Shown here: positions 33,375 to 44,130 of the stretch, in pieces
Numbering within the stretch: position 1 is the stretch's first letter
Layout: each line of letters opens with the position of its first letter
IMG/VR virus record: IMGVR_UViG_3300012956_000024
Coordinates: 2,166 to 66,165 of that record
DNA: 64,000 nt
Source of the DNA: a virus
Taxonomy: Duplodnaviria > Caudoviricetes
Reading direction: 5' to 3' (one strand)
Notes under the pieces: generated by a model
What the model saw: the letters and a program-made list of their open reading frames with translations, nothing else
Told to the model about the DNA's origin: nothing
Databases searched by the model: none
Translations under genes and position numbers: made by a program

Positions 33375-34943
33375 ATGGCCGATACAGCTGATCCGAACAA
33401 CGCAGTCGACCCGATCAAGCCGCAGCCACGCCGCAATTATCCGGCGGGGTACCAGTCGCAAGGCGGTTTGCCCGAGGCGTTGAATGCTGCACAGCCCCCC
33501 GCGCTCCCCGCGCCTGTCGATACGGTGCAGCGGCGCGCCAGCACAGGCATCCCGGTGGTCGATGGAGCGATGTCTGCTCTCAACAACTTGAACGCGGCAG
33601 GCGCTGACATCGTTGACGCGCCGCTGGGCGCAGTAAACCAGGGTCTGCGCGCGGCGTTCGGCGAGGGCATCCCGAAGTACGACCGCAATGTGCGCAGTCT
33701 TTTTGAAGATACGGGAGCCGTCAACGACGCTACGTTGTCGCCGGAACTGCAGCGCCAGAATGGGCTGTTCCAGCCTGCCCCCGCCCAAACACCCGCTGCG
33801 GATCTCGCACCTTCCGCACCTTCCGCGCCGATGACATTCGATCCGAGTGCTGTCATCGCTGGCCCCCAGCAATCCGATGGTTTGCCCACCGGAGTGTCGC
33901 GCCGCGGCGACGGCATTTTCGAAGGCCGCGGTGCACACGGCGAGCGTGCGTTCGCTGACTCCGGGTACGCGCCGCAGTTCGCCGGCGTCGCCGGTGCGTC
34001 GCCGGAAGCGCAGAGGGTGTACGCCTACCGCTTCCAGCAGGATCGTCCGCTAAAGAACGCGAGCGGCTACGATTTCCAGCGTGCGCGCGATGCTGAGATT
34101 CAAGCGGCCGGTGAGGACTACAAGCGATACGTCGCTGCAGGCTCGCCTCGCACGCAGGATGGTAGGGGCCTGTCGGAATACGACTTCCTCCAGCGTCGGC
34201 AGCGCAACTCACTCGAGAACTTCCTCGACTCCGAAGCGGGCGGCAGCGGTTCGCGCGCCAGTGATCGCGGTGGGCTGTTGTCGGGTGCTGGCCGGCGTGA
34301 TGGCGCGCAGGCCGATGCCATCGCAGCGAATGATGCGCTGCTGAAGACGGCGCAAGGAAAGCAGGGCATCGAGAAGGGCGACATCGAGATCAACAAGCTG
34401 GCAAACGAACGCGCGGATGCGCAGTTCGGAGAACTTTCGAAGCGATATACCGAGAACCCGGATCTCGCACGTCAGTTCGGTCCGGGGGTGTCGCCCAGCG
34501 ACGCCGCCGCAGCCGAGCTGGCCATGAACATGACGCTTTCGCAGACCGATCCGCTGTCGACGGAAGTAGGCCGTCGCGGCGTCGCTATCCTCGAGCGCAT
34601 CGCCGGACAGACCAACGCTGACCGCCCGATTTTTGCTGGGCGTGCTGGCGACTTCCCTGCGGGCTCGGCGCCGGCGGCGCTGGAGAACTACAGCGTCGGC
34701 AAAAGAGGACTCGGCGCTCGGCTGATCAATAAGCTCACCGGCGACCCGGATTTCGTACTGCAGAGCCCGGCGTTCGACAAGCGCGACGGTAAGCGCAATG
34801 TGCCGATCGATCCGAACGACCCGAACGCGGAACGATTCACGAACTACGAGACTGGGTTGCCCGGTATTCTTGGTGGACAGCGCGGGCAAGAGTTTCTTCT
34901 TCGGTACCAGGACATCGCAAAACGTCGCAACAAAAAGGAATAA
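33375..34943 (+). CDS. Putative internal virion (ejection) protein, 522 aa
   Basis: GGAG SD; precedes giant protein. Confidence 0.6.
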   Translation: MADTADPNNAVDPIKPQPRRNYPAGYQSQGGLPEALNAAQPPALPAPVDTVQRRASTGIPVVDGAMSALNNLNAAGADIVDAPLGAVNQGLRAAFGEGIPKYDRNVRSLFEDTGAVNDATLSPELQRQNGLFQPAPAQTPAADLAPSAPSAPMTFDPSAVIAGPQQSDGLPTGVSRRGDGIFEGRGAHGERAFADSGYAPQFAGVAGASPEAQRVYAYRFQQDRPLKNASGYDFQRARDAEIQAAGEDYKRYVAAGSPRTQDGRGLSEYDFLQRRQRNSLENFLDSEAGGSGSRASDRGGLLSGAGRRDGAQADAIAANDALLKTAQGKQGIEKGDIEINKLANERADAQFGELSKRYTENPDLARQFGPGVSPSDAAAAELAMNMTLSQTDPLSTEVGRRGVAILERIAGQTNADRPIFAGRAGDFPAGSAPAALENYSVGKRGLGARLINKLTGDPDFVLQSPAFDKRDGKRNVPIDPNDPNAERFTNYETGLPGILGGQRGQEFLLRYQDIAKRRNKKE

Positions 34944-34946
34944 CGC

Positions 34947-37900
34947 GTGGCCACTCAATTTGACTCGCTTATCCCTGACGACGCGAACCCCTACGTTACT
35001 GATGCGATGCGCCGTCGAGGCGCACCGATCGATACGACGTTCGTCCACAGCGACGCCCCTGATGGCAGTTTTGAAAACCAGACCGACGGGCTCACTCGCC
35101 GTCTGCGGTCTGCCGCGACAAATTTCGAGTCCTACGTGCCAGCGGTCGAAGGACTCGCGCGGCAAGTCGTCGGTGATCAGGAAGGCGCGCAGAAGGCGTA
35201 CCAAGAGTACGGCGACCTGCAGCAGCGTGCCCAGGCCATCGGCCCCGACGTGCAGACGATGGACGACGTGCGCCGCCGCGGCAGCACGCCGGAAGCCTAC
35301 GCCGAGTTCGCCGCAACGCAGGCGGTCAACGCCGTCCCTGACATCCTCGCCACCGTCGCCACGGGTGGCTTTGGTGGCGCTGTCGGCGGAACCATCGCTC
35401 GCCGCGCAGGACTGCGCGCTGCGACCGCCGCGGCCGAACGACAGGCCGCGAAAGAGGCAGCGCCGGCGCTCGCCGAAGCCGTTGTCAAAGCACAGGGCTC
35501 CGACGCGGCTGAGCGCCTGGCACGGCGTCAACTGGTTGAAGAAACGACGCAGCGCACGCTGCGCGACCGCACGCCCGAAGTGCTGGCCGCGCAGCGTGCG
35601 ACCGAGGAAGCGGCGGTGAAAGCCGGTCAGATTGTCGGCTCGACGGCAGGGCAGTACCCCGGTGTCGTCGCCGACAGCGTCGAAGCGCTGAAGAATACGG
35701 ACCAGGAAGGCGCGCTCAAGATCGGCGGTGCCGACATCGTCTCGGCCGCGTTCGGCTCGCTGCCGGCTGAGCGTTTCCTCTCACGGCTTGGCGGCGGTGC
35801 TGCGCGCCAGGTGCTCGAAGATAGCGCGCGCAAGATCCTCCCCCGCGTGGCGAAAGAGTTCGCCACGCAAGGCGCGCTCGAAGGCGGTGTCGGTGTGGGT
35901 CAGGCTGCGATCCAGCTCGCGGGTCACAAGTGGGTCGATGACAACGTCGATCTGGTCGGCCCCGAAGCGTTCGACCGCTACCTCGCCGAAGCGGTGGGCG
36001 GCTTCTTCGCCGGCGGCACGATCAGCGGTGTGCACACCGCGGGCGCCGCGGGCGTCGAGCGTTGGAAGGAAGGCGCGCAGGGCCGCGGTGAAAAGTACAA
36101 CGCGCTCAAAGAGCGCCTGGTCAAGAACATCCGCGCGGCGGGTGCTGCGGCCGAGTCCAAGCTCGGCGATATCCGTGACCGCGTACGCGCCGGTGAAACA
36201 GAAGGCGCACCGCGGCCGAAGCCGGGCGACCCGATCAACGCGGACGGCTCGCCAGCGAACGGTGCAGACTTCGTTGTTTCTCCTGACGGCACCACGGTCG
36301 CCGCGGGCGACAGCACGCGTGCGAGCGCCGCTGACTTCTTCGCACGCGCGCAGGAAGGGTTGAACCGCGCCGTCGGCGCGGCACCTGGTGTCGCTGCGAA
36401 AGCGAAAGCCGGCATCGACTCGATCATCGACCGTTTCAAAAAGACCGACGCGCAGGTGCAGAACGACGAGTCGATCGAAACTGAGAGCGACGAAGTGTCG
36501 CGTCGGACGCTCGCGAACATGGTGCGTGACTACGAGAGCGGTGAAATGCCCCCGGAGCTTCAGGGCGCCATGGGCAACCGCGCACCGAACCAGAATCCGA
36601 TCCAGTTCGAAACCAAGACCCAAGACGTACTCGCGACGATCATCCCGCGCGACCACGCGCTCTGGCAGTACCCCGACACCGCGCAGGCGATGATGCGCTC
36701 GGCCGAGAAGATCTTCACCGGCGAAGAGCGCACCGAAACCGATGACCGCCACATCGGTCTGTTGCAGTCATTGGCCCCCGACAAGGTCGCTCGATGGGAA
36801 GCGGCGAACCTTGACGCTGACGGCTACGGCGGCGCCATGAGAGTGGCGAAGCGACTCACTGAGAACCGCCGCCTCTCTGCGCGTGAGCGCGCGGCTGAAC
36901 GCGAACAGACCAACAAGCCGACCGTCGAAGTCCTCGACACACTGGGCAAGACGTTCGACGGCCAGACGGCTGTCACGCGAACTGCGCGCGTGCGCGAGCG
37001 TTCGCCGATGGCCGCCGAAGCGACCGTGCGCGGCCCTGAACCGACGTCGACGACCGAGTTCGACGCGCGCACCGCGCGCGACCCCTCGACCGCCGACATC
37101 ACCGAGACCGATCTCAACGACGCCGAAGCCATCGACCCGCGCGACTCCGACGCCGAGGTCATGGGCGGCTTCGGCAGCGGCATCAGCGAAGCCGACGCCG
37201 TCCAGGACTCGCCACTCGACAAACTGCCCAACACCGACCCGACGTCTCGTGAGTACCCGGCGCTTCAGCGCGCTGCGCGTGAAGAGCTGCTGGGCGGCCA
37301 GCCCGACCTGGAGACCGGCGGCTTCCCCGGTGGCAACGAGAGCCGCATATTCAAGGAAGGCACGAACGAGAAGCTCTACAGCGAGAAGCTCAACTCGGCG
37401 TCGACCGTCAAGACGGACAAGACCTTCCGCATCGGCGGCGTGCAGCGCGCGAAGCTGCTCGAGCTGGGCAACATGGTGCAGTACCAGCGCGCGAAAGAAC
37501 CAGGCATGGGCGCGCTCGAAGCTATCCAGCAGTCCATCGCCGATCTGAAACTTGCCGGCGTCAACGTCGACCCAAGCACGTTCAGTGAGGGGGCGGTGCG
37601 GACCATCAAAGGGTTCACGTTGAGCCGCGCGCTGGAGGAACACCGGAAGCAGCCAAGCGCGAAGACGATCTCCGAGCTGCGGACGCTGATCGACAAGTCC
37701 GCCGGGTTGTCCGATGCGGACGTCGTTGCCCGCGCACAGCAGAAGCTGCAGACCGAGACCGTCGGCAAGCTGTCTCGCGCCGATGTAGCAGCCTTGCGCA
37801 ACACAGCGACCGACGCCGACATCAAGACCAAGGCTGCCAGGGTCAGCGAGGCAGTGGACGCCGCGCGTCAACGCCCGCTGACCAGCGAAGACCACGAGAG

Positions 37901-40900
37901 TATCGGTGAGTTACAGGCGCTACAAGAAAAGTACCTCACCAACGCACAGGCCGAAGCGCTCGGCGACGCCCAGCGCAAAATGCAGCCGCTCGAAATCAAG
38001 ACTCCGGTCGGCGTTTTTTACACGGAAAACTTGGGCGACCACGCCAGCATATCGTTCCGCCCCGAAGACCTGTCGAGCAATTTAAACGCAGAAGCAGCCT
38101 ACGAAAGAGCACTCAAAGCCGGCACGACGAACGCCACGACACTCAAGGACTTCATCGCCGAAAAAGCCGACGCTCGTCCGAACGAACGCACCGAGCGGCA
38201 GAGCTTCGACCAGATCCAGTCCAACGCGGTCGAGGACATCAGCCTGCGCGAGCAGGCGCCGCGCGAAGCACCACCGCGCGAGATCGACGCTATCACCAGG
38301 GAGAAGGTGACAACGCAGCGCGCCATCGCCGACGTCAGTCTCAACACGACGTACGCCCGTGAAACTACCGGTGCGCGCAAGGCGCGTGTGGCTGCGCGCG
38401 AGAGCATCGTCAAGTCACAAGCCAAGATCGCCGAGATCGAGAACAAGCTGGACGACGCGTCGTCGCGGCGTCCGATCAGCCCCGACAAACGCGCCACGCT
38501 CGAAGCGATCGTCAGCAAAGGCAGTCGTGCGCACGCTGATGCGAAGTACGCACAAGAAGTAGCGGTCAGGTACGCGCAGAACGCGCTGGACCCTACGGCT
38601 GGCGGACCCGGGCGCGACGCCATGTCTGACGCGGAGGCGCGTGAGCACCAGGCGCTGGTAGCTAAAGCCAACGCGCTGTGGACGCCTGACGTACAGAAAA
38701 CAGACGCAGCGATAAAGGCGCTCGACAATTCACGGCCTTCGGACATAAACCCGCAGAAGCTGCAGGCCCAGCTCGCCCGCGAGAAAGACAGCGTCCGTTT
38801 TCAGGAGCGCATTGTCGCTGACGCACTGGTGGAGGCCGGTCGCAAGATCGGCCTGGCTGAACTGAAGCGGGAGCATGACAACAACCGGCTCAGCACGGAG
38901 AAGTACGGCAAGCAGCGCAAAGCGTTGGAGGAAGACGACGCCGTTGCCGAGGACTACTTCAAGCGCGCAGATGACGGCGAGTTCGACGGCCGTCCGCACG
39001 TTACCGAGGTCGCGCAAGACAAGAGCGAAGTCAAGCGTGAAGCCGACGACGTGGAAGACAAACTCAACGCTGTAGCGAGGGCGCACTTTGGCAAAGAGTG
39101 GGCGTACGCCAAAGTCGATAAAGACGGGGTCAACCCGTTCACAGGCAAACCAACGCCTTCCAAAGCCAAGATGTTGTACAAAGCGCTGTCGGCGAAACTG
39201 ACGCCGCGCGAAGCAGCGGCCGAGCGTCTGCGTCAAGCGGGCAAGCGCAAGGCGACGACGCCCGAGGCGGTCAAGGCCAAGCGTGAGCTGCGCGAGAAAT
39301 ACCTCGCCTACCCCGCCGAGCTGCGCTCGAAACTCGACCTGATCGAAGCGGCGCGTGATGTCGTCGACCAGCTGCCCTCCGGCGACCCGCTGCGCGCGGC
39401 GTACGAGAAACTGGCCAAGGCGTCGAACGTACCGATTAACGACAAGGCACCGCGCACGGGCAAACTGGACGGCGCGAAGGACGCCGCTGCGCGCGAGACC
39501 GCACGCCAGCGTAGCGAGCGCATCGCCGAGCGTGCGAAAGGTGAGCCCGAGTACATGCGTGCACGCAAACGTGCGCAGCGCATCACTCGCCGTGAAGCCG
39601 CAGCCAAAGCCGCAGCGAGCAACCCGGCGGAGAATCTGCTCGACCCTTCGACAGCGAAACCTGACGCTGACAGTAAGCAGCGCGTCAACAGCAAGGCGCT
39701 GTCCGACTCGCCGCCCGCGACGCAGGCGGAAGCGCGCGACGCCCGCCTGACTGCGCGCGAGAAAGCGGCTGCGCAAGCCAAGCGCGACGCTGAGAACAAA
39801 GGCAAACAGCGCAAGCTGCAAGAACAACTCGACGAGACGATCGACGACGGCGTCGAAGCGGCGACCAATGAAGACGGCGAGCACGACCTCAAAGCGGAAG
39901 CCAGCATGCTCAACGCGCTGCTTGAGCGCATGGGGCTTGGCGGACACCCTGTTACGGTCGAGGCGTTGCCCGAGCATCGTCGTACAGGGCCGGGCGAGCC
40001 TGGCGGCTCGTACGTTGGCGGCACGATATATATCAACCCGGCGCTGAAAGGGCCTGAGCGCATTGAAGTGCTCGCGCACGAGCTGGGGCACCACGTCATC
40101 CGTGCGTCGATCGCTGAAGCGAGCGGCGGTGAAGTGACGGCCAACGAGTTGGGCTATTTCAAGTCTGACGACGTGCTCGAGATGCTGCGCGTGTCGAACC
40201 CGGATCTGCACGCGGCGATCAAGTCCGATTTCGAATCGTGGGCCGCGAAGAACCCGGCATCGCGGCGCGTAGTCGACGCGCGCGCGTCGCGCGCTGCGTT
40301 CCACCGTGCGCGTGCGCTGCTGTCGCGCAATACGAGGTCGAAAGAGACGACCAACGACCTGTCGATCGAAAAGCAGCAGTACGCCTACTCGATGGACGAG
40401 TACATCGCTGACAACATCGCTCGCGCGCTCGCCGGCAAGCACGAGTCGCAGACCGTCATCGGCAAGTTCTTCAACGACATCGCCGCGAAACTGCGTGCGG
40501 TGTACGACGCGCTGTTCGCCAAAGGCAACGCCAAGTGGGCGCCGGCGCCGTCCGTCGACAAGTGGGTGCAGGGCCTGTTCGACGCGAACGTGCGCGACGT
40601 GTCCGAAGCCATCGGTCAGCCGGTGTCGAAGGAGACGGCGGACGCCGGCATTCGCGCGGCCGTAGAGAACGCGTTCCAAGGCCCCGTCTTCCCCGCCCGT
40701 CCGTCGAAACTCAACACCGGCGCACCGCCGCCACCGGGGCCGACGCCGGCGCAGCCCAACACACCGCCGCCGCGCGATCCGAAGAGCTTCCGCGACATGC
40801 TGCGTTTCGTGCGCGGCACGCTGCGCACCCCGGAGCGCAAGATCCTTGACCGCGTGCTCAGCCGCGGTGCGGTCGACAAGCGGCTGCAGGAGATCTACAA

Positions 40901-43586
40901 GGACAACCCCGGCGCGCTGCGTTTGCTCGACGACGCCAAGCACGGGCTCGAAGGCCGCATCGCACTCGCGTACTTCGCCTGGAAGGACGGCAAGCTCACG
41001 ACGGGGCCAGAAGCGACGAACGCGCTGTTCGACATCGACGACACGCTGCGCTCGGTTCTCAACGTGTCCAGTGATGGCGCGTACGCGCAGCGCATCTTCG
41101 ACGACATCGCCACCGGGTACATCAGCCGCGTCGAGGCGGCCGGCAAGACCTATGACATCCGCGACCTTGAAACCCGCGCTCGCGGCAAGCTCAACGCCAC
41201 GCTCAACCATTTCAGCGACATCGCTGAGAAAATCGGTGAACCGTTGTCGAAGTTCTGGGAAAGCAAGATGTCGCGGGCGTTCAACAGCGGTATCCCGGCG
41301 TACCGTCATTTCGCGTCACTCATCCAGCGCCCCGGCGGCAAGACCGGCGACGACCGCGGCTTCAATCCTAGCGTCGTGCATACGACCGCACGCTACGTGC
41401 GCCAGGCAGGCCGCGTGTTCGAAGGCTTGAGTGAGCGCGACATGCACAAGGCGCTGACCTACCTGCAGCGCGGCCCCAGCGCGAGCAAGTTTCCCGACGT
41501 CAACCGCAACGTCTCATACGCGGAGTTTGCGAAGGCTCATTTCGCGAGGGAGAAAGCGGCGCGTGCTCCTGGCGCGCGCCTCGATAAGTTCGTGCACGGC
41601 GATGTAAATGCGGCGTTCGTACGTCAGGCGAACGAGCAGGAGCTGAAAGGATTCATCGACACGCAGATAGACAAAGAACGCGGGCTACAGCGGACAATCG
41701 ACGCCATAGTAGAAGACGGCGGTGAAGCCGGCGCGCAAACAACGCTGCTGCAGCAGATCGTCGATGAACGCAAACTTGCGGAGGCGCGCCTTGAAAAACT
41801 GCCTGCTGCGCGTAAAGCCGAAAGTGAGCGCGCGGGAACGCCCGAAGGCACACGCCCTGAGATACGCGCCGCCATCGACAAGGCACGCAAGCTCATGGAT
41901 GACCTGCACGCCTACGCGACGGACGCCGGCGTCAAGCTCCCTCGTCGTTCGAACTTCTGGCCGGTGGTGCTCGATCTGCGCAACGATACGGCGAAGACGC
42001 GGCTGACCACTCTCTACAGCCAGCCGCACTTCGAAGCGCGCATCCGTGAACTGTTCGGCTCGAAGGACAAGCCGTCCGACCTCCCGATCGCTGACTTGGT
42101 CAAGAACCTCGTCGACGGCGCGACACAGGGTGAGCATGGCGCTCCGACCACGGGTGCTGGCGCGCCGAACTTCAAGTCCGCCAACTACCGGTTGAGCCAG
42201 TTCGTCTACGACCTGGGCTCGCCGGCCGACATCGACACGTTCGCTGCCCTGCAGTCCAAAGATCCGGCCGAAGTGCTCGGCCGCTACGTGGAGCCGCTGG
42301 TCAAGCGGGCTGAGTACGCGCGCCGGTTCGGCGACGACGGCGCGCGGGCCAATCGCCTGCTCGAACAGATGAAGGCCCAGGGCGCCACGGACGCCCAGGT
42401 CGGCGAAGCCCGGAACACCCTCAAGGCCGCGCTGGGCACCTACGGCGCCGAGGGCTCCCCCCTGATCGCCATGCTCTCTCCGGGGCTCTCCCAGCGCCTG
42501 GCGACCCCACGGACGCGGAGCATCATCCACGGTCTGCAGGCGTACCAGAACGCCCGTCTGTTGCCGCTGGCGACGCTCTCGAGCCTCGTCGACCCCATCG
42601 GCATCGCCGTACGCACCGGAGGCGACTTCAAGACGGCCTGGGATGGCTTCAAGCTGGGCATGAAGGCGCTGCGCGACAAAGGCACGCGCGACGACATCCA
42701 TCGCCTTCTGGAGACGCTGGGGAGCACAGAGGACATCGGCACGCTGGAAGCTCTGCAGCAGGGCTTCGGCGGGGGTGACAGCCCGTCTTCACGGAAAGTT
42801 AACGAGTTCGTGTTCAAGTGGAACGGCCTGCAGGGCTGGACGCGGGCGACGCGCTACATGGCCCTGAAGGCGTCCAACGGCTTCATGCTCAAGCACGCAG
42901 CCGGGCAGGGCGACAGCGGGCGCTACCTGCGCGAGCTGGGGCTCAAACCGGGTGACGTGCAGCCAGGCGTTGGCGGCAACGTCAAGCTCCTGACCGACGC
43001 TGAACGCGCGAGCGCTACGCCCGCCGAAGTGCGACGCGACGACCGCGTGCGCAAGGCCATGATGCAGTTCGTCGACGAGGCGATCCTGCGGCCGAACAGC
43101 CAGCAGACGCCGCTCTGGTACTCCGACCCCTACGTGGGTCTGGTCACGCAGTACAAGGCGTTCGCCTACGCGCTCTACGACCAGATCGGCGGCCGTATCG
43201 CCCGCGAGATGTCACAGGGCAACCTCAAGGTGCTGCTGCCGGCGCTGGCCTACCTGCCGGTGACGATCATGGCCGAGCTGCTGCGTGAGCTGCTGCAGTA
43301 CGGCCCGGACGGTAACCCGAGGCGCAAGTCGTGGGGCGCGGCAGAGTACACTGGCCTCGCCGTCAGCAAGCAGCTGGCCATGCGCGGCCCGAAGCTCGAG
43401 GTCCAGGCCGACATCGTCAATGACTTCAAGCAGCAGCGTGTTCCGGGCCAGTCGCAGACCGGCCCGACAATCAGCCAGGCGATCGACGTCGTTGACGGCG
43501 GCGACAACCTGCGCACCCTCGAAGCCGCGCTCCCTGCGAGCGCACTCTGGAAAAGGTGGAATGACGATGACCGACCGACAGGATGA
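34947..43586 (+). CDS. Giant internal virion/polyvalent protein with zincin-like metallopeptidase motif, 2879 aa
   Basis: IYIN...EVLAHELGHH (40077-40091) plus DEYIADNIA downstream; terminal position in late operon. Confidence 0.8.
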   Translation: MATQFDSLIPDDANPYVTDAMRRRGAPIDTTFVHSDAPDGSFENQTDGLTRRLRSAATNFESYVPAVEGLARQVVGDQEGAQKAYQEYGDLQQRAQAIGPDVQTMDDVRRRGSTPEAYAEFAATQAVNAVPDILATVATGGFGGAVGGTIARRAGLRAATAAAERQAAKEAAPALAEAVVKAQGSDAAERLARRQLVEETTQRTLRDRTPEVLAAQRATEEAAVKAGQIVGSTAGQYPGVVADSVEALKNTDQEGALKIGGADIVSAAFGSLPAERFLSRLGGGAARQVLEDSARKILPRVAKEFATQGALEGGVGVGQAAIQLAGHKWVDDNVDLVGPEAFDRYLAEAVGGFFAGGTISGVHTAGAAGVERWKEGAQGRGEKYNALKERLVKNIRAAGAAAESKLGDIRDRVRAGETEGAPRPKPGDPINADGSPANGADFVVSPDGTTVAAGDSTRASAADFFARAQEGLNRAVGAAPGVAAKAKAGIDSIIDRFKKTDAQVQNDESIETESDEVSRRTLANMVRDYESGEMPPELQGAMGNRAPNQNPIQFETKTQDVLATIIPRDHALWQYPDTAQAMMRSAEKIFTGEERTETDDRHIGLLQSLAPDKVARWEAANLDADGYGGAMRVAKRLTENRRLSARERAAEREQTNKPTVEVLDTLGKTFDGQTAVTRTARVRERSPMAAEATVRGPEPTSTTEFDARTARDPSTADITETDLNDAEAIDPRDSDAEVMGGFGSGISEADAVQDSPLDKLPNTDPTSREYPALQRAAREELLGGQPDLETGGFPGGNESRIFKEGTNEKLYSEKLNSASTVKTDKTFRIGGVQRAKLLELGNMVQYQRAKEPGMGALEAIQQSIADLKLAGVNVDPSTFSEGAVRTIKGFTLSRALEEHRKQPSAKTISELRTLIDKSAGLSDADVVARAQQKLQTETVGKLSRADVAALRNTATDADIKTKAARVSEAVDAARQRPLTSEDHESIGELQALQEKYLTNAQAEALGDAQRKMQPLEIKTPVGVFYTENLGDHASISFRPEDLSSNLNAEAAYERALKAGTTNATTLKDFIAEKADARPNERTERQSFDQIQSNAVEDISLREQAPREAPPREIDAITREKVTTQRAIADVSLNTTYARETTGARKARVAARESIVKSQAKIAEIENKLDDASSRRPISPDKRATLEAIVSKGSRAHADAKYAQEVAVRYAQNALDPTAGGPGRDAMSDAEAREHQALVAKANALWTPDVQKTDAAIKALDNSRPSDINPQKLQAQLAREKDSVRFQERIVADALVEAGRKIGLAELKREHDNNRLSTEKYGKQRKALEEDDAVAEDYFKRADDGEFDGRPHVTEVAQDKSEVKREADDVEDKLNAVARAHFGKEWAYAKVDKDGVNPFTGKPTPSKAKMLYKALSAKLTPREAAAERLRQAGKRKATTPEAVKAKRELREKYLAYPAELRSKLDLIEAARDVVDQLPSGDPLRAAYEKLAKASNVPINDKAPRTGKLDGAKDAAARETARQRSERIAERAKGEPEYMRARKRAQRITRREAAAKAAASNPAENLLDPSTAKPDADSKQRVNSKALSDSPPATQAEARDARLTAREKAAAQAKRDAENKGKQRKLQEQLDETIDDGVEAATNEDGEHDLKAEASMLNALLERMGLGGHPVTVEALPEHRRTGPGEPGGSYVGGTIYINPALKGPERIEVLAHELGHHVIRASIAEASGGEVTANELGYFKSDDVLEMLRVSNPDLHAAIKSDFESWAAKNPASRRVVDARASRAAFHRARALLSRNTRSKETTNDLSIEKQQYAYSMDEYIADNIARALAGKHESQTVIGKFFNDIAAKLRAVYDALFAKGNAKWAPAPSVDKWVQGLFDANVRDVSEAIGQPVSKETADAGIRAAVENAFQGPVFPARPSKLNTGAPPPPGPTPAQPNTPPPRDPKSFRDMLRFVRGTLRTPERKILDRVLSRGAVDKRLQEIYKDNPGALRLLDDAKHGLEGRIALAYFAWKDGKLTTGPEATNALFDIDDTLRSVLNVSSDGAYAQRIFDDIATGYISRVEAAGKTYDIRDLETRARGKLNATLNHFSDIAEKIGEPLSKFWESKMSRAFNSGIPAYRHFASLIQRPGGKTGDDRGFNPSVVHTTARYVRQAGRVFEGLSERDMHKALTYLQRGPSASKFPDVNRNVSYAEFAKAHFAREKAARAPGARLDKFVHGDVNAAFVRQANEQELKGFIDTQIDKERGLQRTIDAIVEDGGEAGAQTTLLQQIVDERKLAEARLEKLPAARKAESERAGTPEGTRPEIRAAIDKARKLMDDLHAYATDAGVKLPRRSNFWPVVLDLRNDTAKTRLTTLYSQPHFEARIRELFGSKDKPSDLPIADLVKNLVDGATQGEHGAPTTGAGAPNFKSANYRLSQFVYDLGSPADIDTFAALQSKDPAEVLGRYVEPLVKRAEYARRFGDDGARANRLLEQMKAQGATDAQVGEARNTLKAALGTYGAEGSPLIAMLSPGLSQRLATPRTRSIIHGLQAYQNARLLPLATLSSLVDPIGIAVRTGGDFKTAWDGFKLGMKALRDKGTRDDIHRLLETLGSTEDIGTLEALQQGFGGGDSPSSRKVNEFVFKWNGLQGWTRATRYMALKASNGFMLKHAAGQGDSGRYLRELGLKPGDVQPGVGGNVKLLTDAERASATPAEVRRDDRVRKAMMQFVDEAILRPNSQQTPLWYSDPYVGLVTQYKAFAYALYDQIGGRIAREMSQGNLKVLLPALAYLPVTIMAELLRELLQYGPDGNPRRKSWGAAEYTGLAVSKQLAMRGPKLEVQADIVNDFKQQRVPGQSQTGPTISQAIDVVDGGDNLRTLEAALPASALWKRWNDDDRPTG

Positions 43587-44049
43587 TGACGCCTTCACCG
43601 ACGAAGACGTCGAACGCATCGAAGCCGCGGAACAGCGCCGCATACGCGCGGAGATGGACGAGCATATGAGCAAAGCTGTCTACCTGCACGCCGGCGTGCT
43701 CAAGCTCGACGAAGAAGCGTTCATAGGCTCTGGGCACGCGAGACGCGAGCCGCACAACACGACGCACGACGTACAGCCTGCGCACGACATCCTCGGCTGC
43801 GGCATGAAGGAACTCAAAGACCGCGAACAGACCTACGACGCACCCGGTGGCGAGCGCAGCATGGCCAAGACCGTTGCCGCGTTCAACGCGATCTACGGCG
43901 CGTCGATGACCGAAGTGCAGGGATGGCAGTTCATGGCCCTGCTCAAGATGGTTCGCGCGAACCAGGGCAAGTTCAAGCGCGACAATTTCGTCGATCAGGC
44001 AGCGTACAGTGCGCTCGCCGGTGAAGCCGCAGCAAAAGCGAAGGGTTAG
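43567..44049 (+). CDS. DUF6378-like protein
   Basis: DREQTYD...ERSM...AFNAIYG...GW.FM.LLK..R......D..VDQAAYSAL. Confidence 0.75.
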   Translation: MTDRQDDDAFTDEDVERIEAAEQRRIRAEMDEHMSKAVYLHAGVLKLDEEAFIGSGHARREPHNTTHDVQPAHDILGCGMKELKDREQTYDAPGGERSMAKTVAAFNAIYGASMTEVQGWQFMALLKMVRANQGKFKRDNFVDQAAYSALAGEAAAKAKG

Positions 44050-44085
44050 GTCGGGAAGCATAGCTTCGCGATCCCTATCGGGCTA

Positions 44086-44118
44086 AAAAGAAAAGCCCCG
44101 CTTCGGCGGGGCTTTTTT
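44086..44118. terminator. Bidirectional terminator between convergent arms
   Basis: AAAAGCCCCGC-TTCG-GCGGGGCTTTTTT. Confidence 0.95.
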
Positions 44119-44130
44119 ACTGGGGGTGTG

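Noticed and set aside
13601-41309. Many long antisense ORFs (e.g. 13601..14896, 19033..20172, 20565..22079, 25364..27100, 31075..33186, 38730..41309)
   Set aside because: Shadow frames of high-GC, codon-biased genes; no SD, no motifs, fully overlapping confident CDSs
34947-43586. N4-like or crAss-like virion RNA polymerase
   Set aside because: No ordered T7-type A/B/C motifs and no DFDxD found by eye; an HMM search would settle it
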